From Selaginella moellendorffii (lineage: Eukaryota > Plantae > Lycopodiophyta): 64,000 bases of DNA. Below, piece after piece: positions 33,033 through 45,275 of this stretch; within the stretch, counting starts at the first letter, position 1; every line of letters starts with the position of its first letter. A program made the position numbers and the translations under genes. The stretch is from the NCBI RefSeq assembly GCF_000143415.4, contig NW_003314387.1, positions 62,001-126,000 of the forward strand, in the 5' to 3' direction. The notes beneath the pieces are model-generated. The model was not told the DNA's origin, ran no database searches, and saw only the letters and a program-made list of their open reading frames with translations.

Positions 33033-34300
33033 GCAGAAGTAGTTAAGGGTCCTTGGGCAAATAAATCAGTGATCCCTCCATATTTCTTTTGGGAGTATTA
33101 TTAAAGAGTTCATTTAACATTAATTCATCTAATGTTTACTTTCCAAACTTGCTTATATAACAAGAGACTTCTTATTATGCTCTCTATGTTGGTTAATACA
33201 AGCTTGAGTTCATCTTCTATTGCTCGGCCTATTGCCATATATTACCATCTACATTTGTGTTGTATAGCAGAGCAAAATTTTATTCTTTATACCAATGGCT
33301 ATATATATGCATGTGTATAGGATGAGGCAAACCTAGTTGTGTGTATGGGCAATTTCGAGCTTGAGCTTTAGTCATTATGGATGGTGCCAAATCAAGTTTT
33401 TAACCTCATCCTTGGTATGGATTAATTACAATTTAATTATGCTAAATATAACTTTGAAGCTTCTCCCCCTTATCTCATACTTCCCAATATTTCTTTCATT
33501 CCTCTCACTTCTCTTCCTTTTTATCTTTCTACTTCTACTTCCATCACTTTAATGACTTCCTCCTATATTTTTGTCTTGTTCCTCTATCCCTCCGATAATC
33601 TTTATAGCAGTGGTTGACCAAAACATAAAGGAGTATGCCAATCTCTTTGAATTTAACTTATTGTCTGGGGGCCAAGATTACAACACATCATCTTATTCTA
33701 ATTAGGGTTGTTTGTCCAATTAAGGTTTATATTCATTGTCAGTCACCAAAGGAGATTAAGATTTTACATATAAAAGTCAAGGAAATGTTGGAAAAAAATG
33801 TTATTTGAAAGTTGTGGAGCCCTTGGGTGTATGAACTTCATTTTGTGATGAACCATGATAGGAGTATTTATTTCTGCATCAATTATCATCCGTTAAACAA
33901 AGTGATTATCCCATATGTGTACTTTCTTCCTCACACTGCTAATCTTTTGGATTCTCTAGGGAGAAGTCATTAGGTCACCAAATTAGATCTTGTTTTTGAG
34001 TACCAACAAATGCTATGGCCGAAGAAGATATTCTTAAAAAAAAATTTCATACACCATTTTGTTTGTATAAGTTCTTGGTGATATTGTTCGGTTTAAACAA
34101 TGCTTTAGCGACTTTTCAGTAGATGATGGATGAGGTTTTTTATGATATATTGAAGGTGACTTTTGACTTCATCAATGATGTCTTGATCCATTTAGAGGGG
34201 AGATGGGAGGAGCACATTTATGATGTTCGGAAGGTGTTGAGTCAAATAGTCATAAGCAATAACATTGCTAACAATCAATTGTGGAAAAGGCCTCATCAAT
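33033..34300 (+). mobile_element. Decayed Ty3/gypsy protease-RT region, continuing 19300-20272
   Basis: Colinear with the reverse complement of 42340-42830, then RT remnants FCINYHPLNKV, LFGLNNALATF and FINDVLIH. Confidence 0.75.
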
Positions 34301-34334
34301 TCAAACTCAAATGCAATCGACTCCAACTATCTTT

Positions 34335-35321
34335 TGTAAGGAACCAACTCCGTAAGGTGTGGTAAGCTAAAGGATCCTTGAAAGCACGGCCAAAATGATA
34401 AAGAGTTCATTGGATGAAACTAAATTCGAGATCGAGTCTAAGACCAACTTTGAGACCAAGTTCAAGATTGAGTTCGAGATTGAGTCCGAGACCAAGTTCG
34501 AGACCGAGTCCAAAATCAAGTTCAAGATAGAGTCTGAAGTTAGGGGGGGGCGCAGAGGGGGGGGGGGGGGCACAGAGGGTTCTAAAAGTATAGTAAGGAT
34601 AGTGAGATTCAGGAACTAATCTTCAAAAAAACTTTTTAATGGTGTTCTCAAACTGACTTGAGGTTGAGACTAGGGCTTAGAAGCTTTGGGTGGGAGTGAG
34701 CATGAACTCGGGTGGTGCCAAAGGGGCCACCCAAGGAAGTGCTCAAGAGTAGCTCTCACTCCCAGTAGGGAAATCAATTGCGGTGCTCTCGGCTCATGTA
34801 AAGTGGTGCCCTATCTGAGTACCTTGCAGCTCATTAGTCTTTGCCCTTTTCTAAGGGCTTAGGCCTTCCCTTCAAGATGGAAGTGGGGGAGTAGAGGTAC
34901 CCATACTAAGCCATTAGGCCACTATGTTTCCCCTGATGCCCCAAAGCAAGTGTTGCACCTAAGATTTGGGATTTAAAGGGTCCTATGATCAAGCCTTGTT
35001 GTACCAAGGGATGTTAAGAATCTAGAGGTTTGATGTGCTTGGCTACTTGTGTTTGCGGAGAGTGTAAACAAACCTTAAGTTCAGTCTACCTAGGGAGGGT
35101 GATTATGAGAGAATTTAGGAATCTATGGATGGATGGTTAATACTCTATTGTTCATGAAGTGAGTTGCTGAAGCTAAGTAGGACCAAATAAGAGCTAGTAC
35201 AATAGGCGGGAACCTTGGCAAGGGAAGTTAATTAAGGCTAAGACAGTGTTAGTCGGATAAATGAGGTAAATTGGCAAATTGGAAAGGAAAAATACTGTGG
35301 CTCATAATTTGGTATCGGAGC
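34335..35321 (+). mobile_element. Chromovirus-family LTR (34335-35306) followed by a tRNA-iMet PBS
   Basis: Reverse-complement homolog of the 49109-50264 LTR with a 12-bp array and poly-G; PBS tggtatcggagc at 35310. Confidence 0.8.
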
Positions 35322-35639
35322 CTTTTCCTCAATTTTAGTGAAGGATAGAAGTGGATTGCTGGGAGATAGCTAAAGCAGGGCATAAAAGAACCAAAGCAGA
35401 GAAGGAACTTCTTCCAGAGTTGGAGCCTCCGATCATTGCAATAAGTTAGACTGCAAGTTTATGAGGTTCAGTATAATATTCAGCAGGCCAATCCTTTAGA
35501 AATTGTGCATGTGTAACAGCTAAAATGCTTCAATACCACTTACAGATCCACTAGTGCCTCTTTCTAATGTTCTTTTAAATCTCAACCTATCAAAAAGAGA
35601 ACTCTAACTTCCTTCCATCTTTCTGAAAGGAGGGGATGA

Positions 35640-35834
35640 TGTGAAATCCAAATGTATAATTACAATGCTATACACTAATATTAATAGTCTTACACTAATA
35701 TTAGTGTAATAGATTTTGATAGCTATTAGATTAGTTTTAATTTGGACCATTCACTTCTATATATAAATTAGGGTTTTTGGGTTAATTGATATGGTCATTT
35801 CTATATTCCATTTCCATATTCCATACACTCTAAC
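35640..35834 (+). mobile_element. Degenerate 3' LTR of the decayed short-LTR gypsy element
   Basis: Preceded by PPT gaaaggaggggatga; TG...ACA ends; homologous to 40564-40738. Confidence 0.75.
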
Positions 35835-35845
35835 ACACACATAAT

Positions 35846-35865
35846 AGATATATATATATATATAT

Positions 35866-35960
<95 letters not shown>

Positions 35961-36070
35961 CATATATATATACACATATATATATACACATATATATACA
36001 TATATAGACATATATAGACATATATACATCACATATATGTGTGTGTGTGTGTGTGTGTATTTGTATATAT
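35846..36070. repeat. (TA)n/(TG)n compound microsatellite
   Basis: Directly visible. Confidence 0.98.
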
Positions 36071-38764
36071 GTATTTATTTATTTAACACTTTTACTGTAG
36101 AACATACTTCCAAAATTATATATGCTTTATACTTTAGTAACAAGTATTTATTATATAGAACAACAAACTAGCTATCAACTTCTTTATTTTTTTAATATAT
36201 CTTGTAGCTTTTGTGGTATCACCTGTATTCTGGAAATTATCCACCATCATTTTTTGTTTCTTGATAATAATCTCTTTGAAAGTGGGACTTGTATTCACCT
36301 TTTCATAGCAATTGATTATCTAGAAACTTGGACCATGAGTCATATTTTTTTTACCAATTCATATAACTCAAGATCCTTATTTGAATTAGGTATTTTGCAT
36401 AAAAGATGTTTTCTGTATCATCTACAATTTTTATTTTGTACTTACTCTTCAAATCACAAATATATGACAGTGTGGTAGGCCTTGTTTTTGGAATTCACTA
36501 ACATAAACATAAGTTCTAACATCTCCAAAAAGTTTGTCTTTATATATATCATCTATCAACTTTTGTTTTTCTGTGTGAAACACTTGGGCTACTAAATCAG
36601 GAATATCAGATGCAATCTAGCTAGATAATATATGTTTTGCTATTTAGGATTGCATACAAGTAGGTCAATATTTGTGGTTTAGATTTATAAAAACATAAGC
36701 CACTTAGTTTGAAAAGGTATGTTATATTTTCTTGGATCAATTGTATTTTCAACTTTAATCATACTTCTTTATTTAAAAGTGCTATTGGCATCTGATTCTT
36801 GAAATTGATGGTTAAGATGTAGCACTCTCTAAGAAATAATTACAGTTATTCAAATTTGTTTTGTGATTTTTATGTATTTATCTCTTTCAGTTTTTCTTTT
36901 TGGTAATTCTTATGCTTTGAACTGGGATTTTTTGTTTTGGATGCCAGATTGATCGAAATTTTCTTGCTCCAAGTCGAATCACAAGTTATTACATTAGAAT
37001 TCCAGTGGATTGTGGTAATTATGGAGGTGAATTAGTGAAATGGAGTGCTTTTTGGTTATCATAAAATTCGCAATACATTTAACAATATTTCCCCTCTTCT
37101 TCATCACCAGGTCATCACCACAAGCCTAAGAGTTATTTTGACTCAAGCATTGAGGTCTCCCATATGTGGTGGTCTCCTCAACACTAGCATTGAAGGAATG
37201 ATTGTCCAAAGTGAATCATAGTGATGTCTTTTATGTCCTTCGGGGACTACAAACATATCCAAAAAGCATATTTGTGTAGCTTGTTTCTTCTTCTACTTTT
37301 TTCTTTTATTTATTTGTTGTTCTATTTATTTGATAAAGACACTGACACTCTTTGTTTGTTCTTGTGACAGTTGCATACTACTCTTATGCCGATTTACAAT
37401 CTGCTACAGAGAACTTTGCTCCAACAATTTAGCAAGTTCTACAAGGCTCTGCAGATCTTCTGGGACAAGGAAGAGATTGCTTGCCTCGATTAGTAGTTTT
37501 ATACATCACCCCCTTACAATCAAAGTACAAGGAACTGAAACAAAGTAAAATAGTTTTCAATTGTCTCATCTATTTATATCATATAGGGCCATCAGATTTA
37601 TGATGATCTAGATGAGTCATTCAAATAGTTCAAACATGACTATGCAATAAGTTATCTTTCACTAGATGATTTTCTCCTGTGGTCTTTTCTTCTGTACAAT
37701 GCTCACAATTGTGTGGTGCAATTAGAAAAATGATCAAAAAATGACTAAGATACTGCATTTTGCTCACGAAGTGTTACACATACTTTAGAATAGGGTATAT
37801 TTGAATAATTATAAGTTTTTTAACTTGCAAACCCTTATGAGAAATATAGTACCCAAAATAAATCGTGTATTTGGACTCAAATATACGCTTCAACTGCACC
37901 CAAGATAAATCATGTCTTTGGACCCAAACACACACTTCAACTACTTCAAATTTAAATTAACTTCCTATAATCAATCTTATATTTTCTTATTGCCCTTGGG
38001 GACTAAGGTCTTTATAATGACGTAACATGGTATTTAACATAAACTGAATAATCATCAATTTTGTTTCAAATTCCTTTTATCCACTTTGCTAATCATGATC
38101 TGTGATCCCAACACTTTTCGAATGTCACAAGTTGTAGCATCTTGAGACTATTAAACTAGAGATGACATAAGTTTAACTTGGAAACCTTTAAACATTCGTG
38201 GGTAAAAGAAGTTTCACCTGAAGATTCATATGTGTTATGGTGACCTTTTGAATGCAGTTTTAGCACTGGACTACAGCTATGTTGTTTATTTCTTGCTCAA
38301 TTTCTAATATATCTTTGCTTTGTTACAGGCTATGATCTTCCCATCTGCAACCCTCTTTGCAAGATCAAACTCCAGTACATGGCACAAAACAACATGAAGA
38401 TTAGAATGGATGCAAACTGGTGGACAGCTATTCACTACAATTTAAGATATTAAGCATTTGTGAGGTTTCTTAGTTTTGAGTCTATAAAGCAGGGAGGTGC
38501 CAGCTGAGGCAGGAAAGAAGTGATATTTCCTCCCATTTGCTTGGATCATCATGTCAAGTTCTTTGGTTGGTAAACGTTGCTGAAGCCGTTTCTTTCTCTT
38601 TTTTTTTGCATACTAGACTTGGAAGAGAATTGGAAGTTTATGGCATTATGCCATTTGACCCAAAGGCAATGACCAGCTTCTTGCTGTGGTACCACAGAAA
38701 AATTTCCTTCTTTGGTGTCTTGGGATCCCATCTTCCACTCCATGACCCAGTCCGCAACCACACA

Positions 38765-39290
38765 GCCGGATCAGCTGTTCCTCATGGCGATGTTCAACGT
38801 CTACTCCAAGACTGGGCAGCTCCAGCGAGCGTGGGCTCTCTTCTCTGGCATCGCCAATCCGGACGTGACGCTCTGGAACACGATGATGGCTGGCCACTCC
38901 AACAACGGCGATCTGCATCACGGCATCCAGCTGCTGCGCTTGATGTGGATCGCGGGAGTGGATCCCGACAGCATGACGCTCCTCACCGTCCTCTCTGATC
39001 AATGAGACCTGCCACCACTTCCAGTCGCTGCTCGCGGATCACGGCGTCTGGGCTGAGCAATCACACTTCTCATGCGGATTTCCTGGCGTGGATCGGCCGG
39101 TTGGGCGACGCGATCGATCTGGCGATGAGCATGCCGTTCGTCCCGGACGAAGTGGAGCTCGCATCTCTGCCCAGTGCTTGAGGTTTGCATTGTGACGCTG
39201 ACCAGGCCGCACTGGCAGCCATGGATCTAGGGAGCGTATCACCCACGCGATTGTTGCTGTACGTACTCCTCTCCAATGCTTTTGTATAGG
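38765..39290 (+). pseudogene. PLS-class PPR protein (E domain) pseudogene fragment
   Basis: AMFNVYSKTGQLQRAWALFSGIANPDVTLWNTMMAGHSNNG, then frameshifted HFQSLLADHGV, MPFVPDEV and YVLLSNAF, with stops. Confidence 0.75.
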
Positions 39291-40418
39291 AGGTGGAGAC
39301 AACGCCATTCTTGGCACCAGGCAACTACGCTAAACTATAGCTGATGCAAATGGCTTTCGTACACCCAAACTCAAACTAGGCATACTTCTATATCGAAAAT
39401 TTGCATGGCCGTGTCTTTGTGATATTCCATTTTCTTGCAGCCATCTTGATTGAAGCTGTCAACCTCTTAGAGAATGTGTAATCTGTTCACTGACACGTTT
39501 TCTCTTGTGAAGTGCTTCTTAAACTTCTTTCTTGTGTTATTTTGATCCAAAACTTCTACTTGTGCATTCGATCTTGTGTGACAGTTTTTGATAAGTTCGA
39601 GATGGTAAAGTTCATTAATGAAGTAGCAAGCAGGCTTTGGGTGTAGGTTCATTTTGAAAAGGTTTGCAAGGGGAGCTTGGGTGGCTGCTATGGATCTCCT
39701 TCAGGAATCTGATGAGTGAAAGACTGAGTGAAGGCTGGGCTTTTACGTAAGGTGCCTTTCTGGTATCTTCATTTGCTTTTCAAGTTCATAAATCTTGATT
39801 CAAAATGCAGGAAAAGCTGGTCAGAAAAATGTGTAGAATGAATAAAGCACTGATCTGATCCCTTCTCCAGCATTGCCGAATCTTCTCCCCTGTGTGCAAC
39901 AAAGTGGAGCTCACATCTTTGCTAAGTGCGTGTTGTTGGCCAGGTACCGTATCACGCGCTCGTCACCATCTCAAAGCTTTCATACAAGATGTGAGACAAT
40001 GAGAGAGAACCTCAAGCAAACATGGCTTTTGGTGGATCTTCAACGTAGAAATTAGATTAAATGCAAATGGTCAGCGTGGGCTTATACAAGCTTGATGATT
40101 CCCACATTGTCTTGTGGAATTCATTGAGAATATGAGCAAACATGGACTGGTGTGATCTTCGTATGGCAAACTTGGGTTCTTGCTTAACTTGCAAGAGTGT
40201 TTTGGAAGGCTAAACTAAGTCCATTAAACCGGCCATTATTGTATATATGATAAAGTCTCCTGTAATCTGTTTTGCTTAACTTGAATATAGTTATTGTCCT
40301 AGTTAATTTAAGCTATTTAATCTAAGTTCCTCACATTGTTATTTTGCAAATGTTGTGGTCTTCTCTTGTTTACTTTGATCTTTTTACCATTCAAAACATG
40401 ATCAAGGTCCAAATGGTT

Positions 40419-40563
40419 AAACTGGTCACACAGGTTTTGTGAGCAAAAGCTTAAAGGTTAAAATACTTTTAAATTTGTAAAAATTGCTTGATAACTACAT
40501 TATAATTAGCATGTTTCTTTATTCTTTTATTTATTAGCATATAATTATTAACTAACTTCAAAC
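40419..40563. repeat. AT-rich tandem unit (further copies at 44158-44340 and 44340-44520) hosting the gypsy insertion
   Basis: ttttgtgagcaaaagcttaaaggttaaaatacttttaaattt...aactaacttcaaac occurs three times. Confidence 0.85.
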
Positions 40564-43500
40564 TGTGAATGCTTGGAATATGGAAAGGGAATACAGAAAT
40601 GTGCATATTAATTAGCCCAAAAACCTTAGCTTATATACAAGAGCGAGTGGTCCAGATTGAAACCAATCTGACGGCTACCAAAATCCCACTACGCTAATAT
40701 TAATATATGGCATCGTAACCGTACACTTGGCCTTCACATCATCCCCTCCTCTCGGGATAATGGAAGACCATCAGGGTTCTCTTGAAGATGGACCGGGATC
40801 CGGAGGAACGTCAGGAGGAGGCATCGGTGGATCTGTAGGTGGTATTAACTCCTTCTGATCCCTTTGTATGAAGCATTTTAGCCGCTGCACATGCACAGTC
40901 TCTGGAGGATCGACCTGCTGAACGTCATGCCGAACCTCATAAACTTGTGGTCCAATTTGTCGCAACACTCGATATGGTCCTTTCCATTGCGCAAGAAGCC
41001 CCTTAGATAAACCACGTACCATAAGATGGGGAAAACGGACTAACACCAAATCATCCACTTTGTACTCCGCAGGTAGACGATGATGGGAGTTGTAGCGCCG
41101 TTGTTGTCCTACTTGTACGCAGCCTAAGTGTTCGGCAGAATTTGCTCAGACAAGTGGAAGAATGCTCGTCAAATACTGATCCTATGATCTAGCATCAACA
41201 GCACGTGGCAATCGCGAAGGTAAACCCAGCTCCGTTGGTAATATTGGATCATGACCATATAGGAGTTTATATGGTGAAGCACCAACAGAACTCTGCACCC
41301 CTGTAACATATGCATACCGAAGAGACGGAAAATAACCATCCCAATCCGAATGCTGAAAGTTCACATACTTCGCAATCATCCCTTTGAATGTCCGAACAAG
41401 CCGTTCCACCAGACCGTCTGATTGTGGATGATAAGCACTCGTGAAAGTGTGGCATATCCCCAACCGAGACGTCAAAACATGAAATGCCTCAGCCATAAAT
41501 GCGGGATCATTATCCGAAAGAATCCACTCTGGACAAGAATGCTGGAACACCACTCGATTGAGGAGGAAGTATCCAACAGCAGTTGCAGAGGCGCTAGCAA
41601 GAGCACCAACTTCCACCCAATGAGTCAAGTAGTCAGAAGCAATAATAACATACTCATTGCTAACAGTCGACCATGGAAAAGGTCCCATAAGATCAAACGC
41701 CACTAACTCAAACGGACGGGAAACTGCAATTGACTCCAACTGTCCTTCCGCAGCACGAGGGGGAGTATTACAAGCTTGGCACCAAACGCAGTTACGCACA
41801 TACCGGATAATATCATGTCGCATCTCCGGCCAATAGAAAGACCTGCGCAGTTTCTCGATGACACGACAGTGTCCCATATGCCCACCTAGAACATGAGAAT
41901 CATGGTAGGCATGGAGAAACCGCGGAATAAACATCGAAGGCACCACCAGCCGTAAATGATCATCAGGATCTGTCCCCACAAAATAAAGAAGGCCATCGTC
42001 AAGGCGATATTGAGAATGTAAATGCCGGAAAGGCAAGTCATCAGCAAGTGATGCAGGATTCTCAAACCCATCTCGAAGCCTCCGAATCCACGGCTCAATC
42101 TTTTGAGCCTCGCGAACCTCATCAAGAGAAGGTAGATCTTGCTCTGCACCTTGTGGACACTGAATGTCAAGGATAGCAACTGCTGACGGCACAGAATCCT
42201 CATCTAGAAAATCCACAGATGCTGGAACAACAGGTTAGTCAGAAACATGAGAAGTGAGTGGAGAAGGAAGAGGAGCTTGAGAAAGGGCATCAGCATCAGT
42301 CATAAAACTCCCTAGGTGATGAACAACATCGAAATCAGAAGGACGAAGAGGTATGGAAGTGAGAGGAATGGATGAAACATAAGGAAGTATGAGACAAGGG
42401 GGAGAAGCCTCAAAGTCACACTTGGCATGATTGCGCTGCAACCAATCCATACCAAGAATGAGGTTAAAAGCTTGACTCGGCACCACCCGCAACGGCTGCA
42501 ACTCAAGCTCGAGATCGCCCACATGCACAACCAGGTTCACCTCATCCCGTGCACATGCATGTGTACGGCCGTTGCCATAAAGAATGAAAACTGGTTCCGC
42601 CGCATGACGCAAGTGTAAACAACAACGTGTGGCAACAGGTCGAGCAATAGAAGATAAACTCGAACCTATATCAACCAACACGGAGAGAATAATAGGAGAC
42701 ATCTTGTTATAAAAACAAGCTTGGAAAGTAAACACTGGATGAACCGGTGCCGAGTGAACCCCTTGATGATACTCCCGAAAGAAAGATGGAGGGGTCACTA
42801 ACTTATTCGCGCAAGGTCCCTCCGTTACTCGCGCGACTCCTCGTTTCCCGGATGCATCTCGGTGTCCAGACCTTCCAGCACCCATGGGACGTTGCTGACG
42901 CCAAAGTCTCCACCCAGGAAATAGAGGTCACCAATCTGGAAAATGACAGCAACACTGATAAGTATGACCAACTTCATCACATGCCCAGCAGCGAACATCA
43001 CGGCCACGACCACGTCCTCGCGCTTGTCCTTGGACTCGAGCAGCAACAGCATCAACCTCCATTGGAACAGGACCATCACCCATGGGAAGTGGAGCAGAAG
43101 GATGTGCAGCGAGAAGTGGAAGAGGCGATATCTCATAACGTTGTGCCAAGCGAAGAGCATCGTCAAGGGTGGCAGGAGCAAGTGCATGCACAAGTCCGAC
43201 AAGATCTTGACGAAGTGCTGGCCACAACATTCCTAGCTTGATCCGCTCCGACATATTTGGCTCCGCACGAAGTAAAAGACTTCAGAAACGAACGCCAAAT
43301 TGCATCACCGACTCAGATGGCCCTTGGCGAAGCCAATGCAATTGTTGGAAAGCATCATCACAATCATCGGCATGTCTGAAGGCGCGTTTGAAGACGTCCG
43401 GGAGAACACTCCAATCCCCACAAGTGGCTGCGCTCAAACCATTGTACCACTGTAACGCCGTCCCTTGGAGACACGTGGGAAACTCATGCAACCGTCGAGC

Positions 43501-44157
43501 ATCATCCCAAGAATGATATGTGGCAATCACCATGAAGTGATCAAACCAATGGTACACATCATCCCCAGGATTCCCCCGAAAGAACTCCGGCCGAACACGA
43601 GGATTGGCACCAAGAGCAGGAGGAGTTGGACTACGTGTTGTGAATGCCGCTATCAATTGAGTTTGGTTGTTCAACTGCAAGTGCATAGCATCAAGCAATT
43701 GGACCAACTGTTGCTCGAGAGTCAAAGGAAGAGATTGCTGATCTGCCATGGAGACGAATGAAAAAGAAAGAGCAAAAGAAGAGAAATGACAAAAAGCTAG
43801 AAGGAAATGGTAAATCTAGACAATGCAAAAAGCTAGATCTAAACCAAAATCTTGAAAGGAAAGAACAAAAAGAAGGAAATGGAAAAAGCTAGATCTAGAC
43901 AATGCAAAAGCTAGATCTAAACCAAAATCCCAAATCCAAGCACTCCTTAAGGACAATCAAAGGTGCCCCTCACCTCCACCAATGTGAGTGCTTGGAATAT
44001 GAAAAGGGAATATAGAAATGTGCATATTAATTAGCCTAAAAACCCTAGCTTATATACAAGAGTGAGTGGTCCAGATTAAAACCAATCTGACGGCTACCAA
44101 AATCCCACTATGCTAATATTAGTATACTGCATCGTAACTGTACACTTGGCCCTCACA
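40564..44157 (-). mobile_element. Short-LTR Ty3/gypsy retrotransposon: gag-protease-integrase with no RT/RNaseH (non-autonomous)
   Basis: 175-bp LTRs at 40564-40738 and 43983-44157 (TG..CA). PBS tggtggag at 43966-43981 and PPT gaggaggggatga. Gag with GPVPMEVD and CWACDEVGH, protease LVDIGSS/LILGMDWL, integrase HDSHVLGGHMG..CVWC, DLMGP, SDND and YHPQSDGLVER, then WKGPY. Confidence 0.92.
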
Positions 44158-44927
44158 GTTTTTGTGAGCAAAAACTTAAAGGTTAAAATACTTTTAAATT
44201 TGCAAAAATTGCTTGATAACTACATTATAATTAGCATGTTTCTTTATTCTTTTGTTTATTAGCATATAATTATTAACTAACTTCAAACAATTTAAACACT
44301 ATTTTAAGTTAACCTTTAATTTTAAATTTTAAATTTTAAACTGGTCACACAGTTTTTGTGAGCAAAAGCTTAAAAGTTAAAATACTTTTAAATTTTCAAA
44401 AATTTCTTGATAACTACATTATAATTAGCATGTTTCTTTATTCTTTTATTTATTAGCATATAATTATTAACTAACTTCAAACAATTTAAACACTATTTTA
44501 AGTTAACCTTTAATTTTTAATTTTTTAAGGATGCCATACCTTTCTATGAAATGAAATATTCTATAATTGAACATGGGGAAAAAATAAACACATGCAGAAT
44601 AGTATTTTATTTTTTTGACAAAATTTGAGATTTTAAAAATTGATTCTTATAAAGAAAAGATAGTAACAAATAGACGAAGTGCTTCACTTTCCAGTCTTTA
44701 AGAGTTATGTGAGGGTTCATCACCACCAGCAGTAATCAAGGATCTTCAGATGATGCCAAAGGCTGAATGTCTGACTCTCCACCACAGTTGTAACGAATCA
44801 ATATACAAAGCCTATGGCTCAATGCTATTGGTATGGTAACTATGAGATGCAGTAGCATGGATCGCTAAAAGTGAAAGAATATAAAGATTGTATTTAAAGA
44901 CTATAAGCGTATATTTCATCGTTGGGA

Positions 44928-45182
44928 AGGATTTGCTTATTCAAGAGAACGAAAAGCTGTACGTGGAGCTTCGAAACATCTTGGCAAGACCAGAGATGGT
45001 ATAACAATTGGCGGTCTACTCGAAAAGTCTCAAGGAGAAGACGAGGCAAATGAAAGCAATGGCATCCGAGCTGCAAATGTATCAGGTCGGTTTCTCTCTC
45101 TTTCCATTGTGATTGAGCGATCACAGGGGCAAGTGTGGATACAAGCCGAGAATTAAGCAGCTCAAAGGCGAGATTGAGTCGA
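44928..45182 (+). pseudogene. Inverted duplicate fragment of the CFAP58 3' exons
   Basis: Reverse-complement match to ~1117-1412 with small deletions and a stop. Confidence 0.85.
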
Positions 45183-45275
45183 GCAATCGCCGAATATTCT
45201 AAACTTCGAGCTCACGAAATGAAGTGAAAGCCTTCTAGGGTTTATCAGAGGTTTTTCGTGGCGATTCAAGGAGCC

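Noticed and set aside
33041-33062. 5S A-box-like agttaagggtccttgggcaaa
   Set aside because: Aligns with the gypsy gag-protease junction (42800-42830), so the resemblance is coincidental.
35757-36032. YI-repeat ORFs, and E/S/T/K-repeat ORFs at 34395, 49892 and 52710
   Set aside because: Translations of a microsatellite and of LTR tandem arrays.
36100-38500. Possible decayed gene fragments (also 17270-17580 and 47260-48400)
   Set aside because: No motif I can identify by eye; needs TBLASTX.
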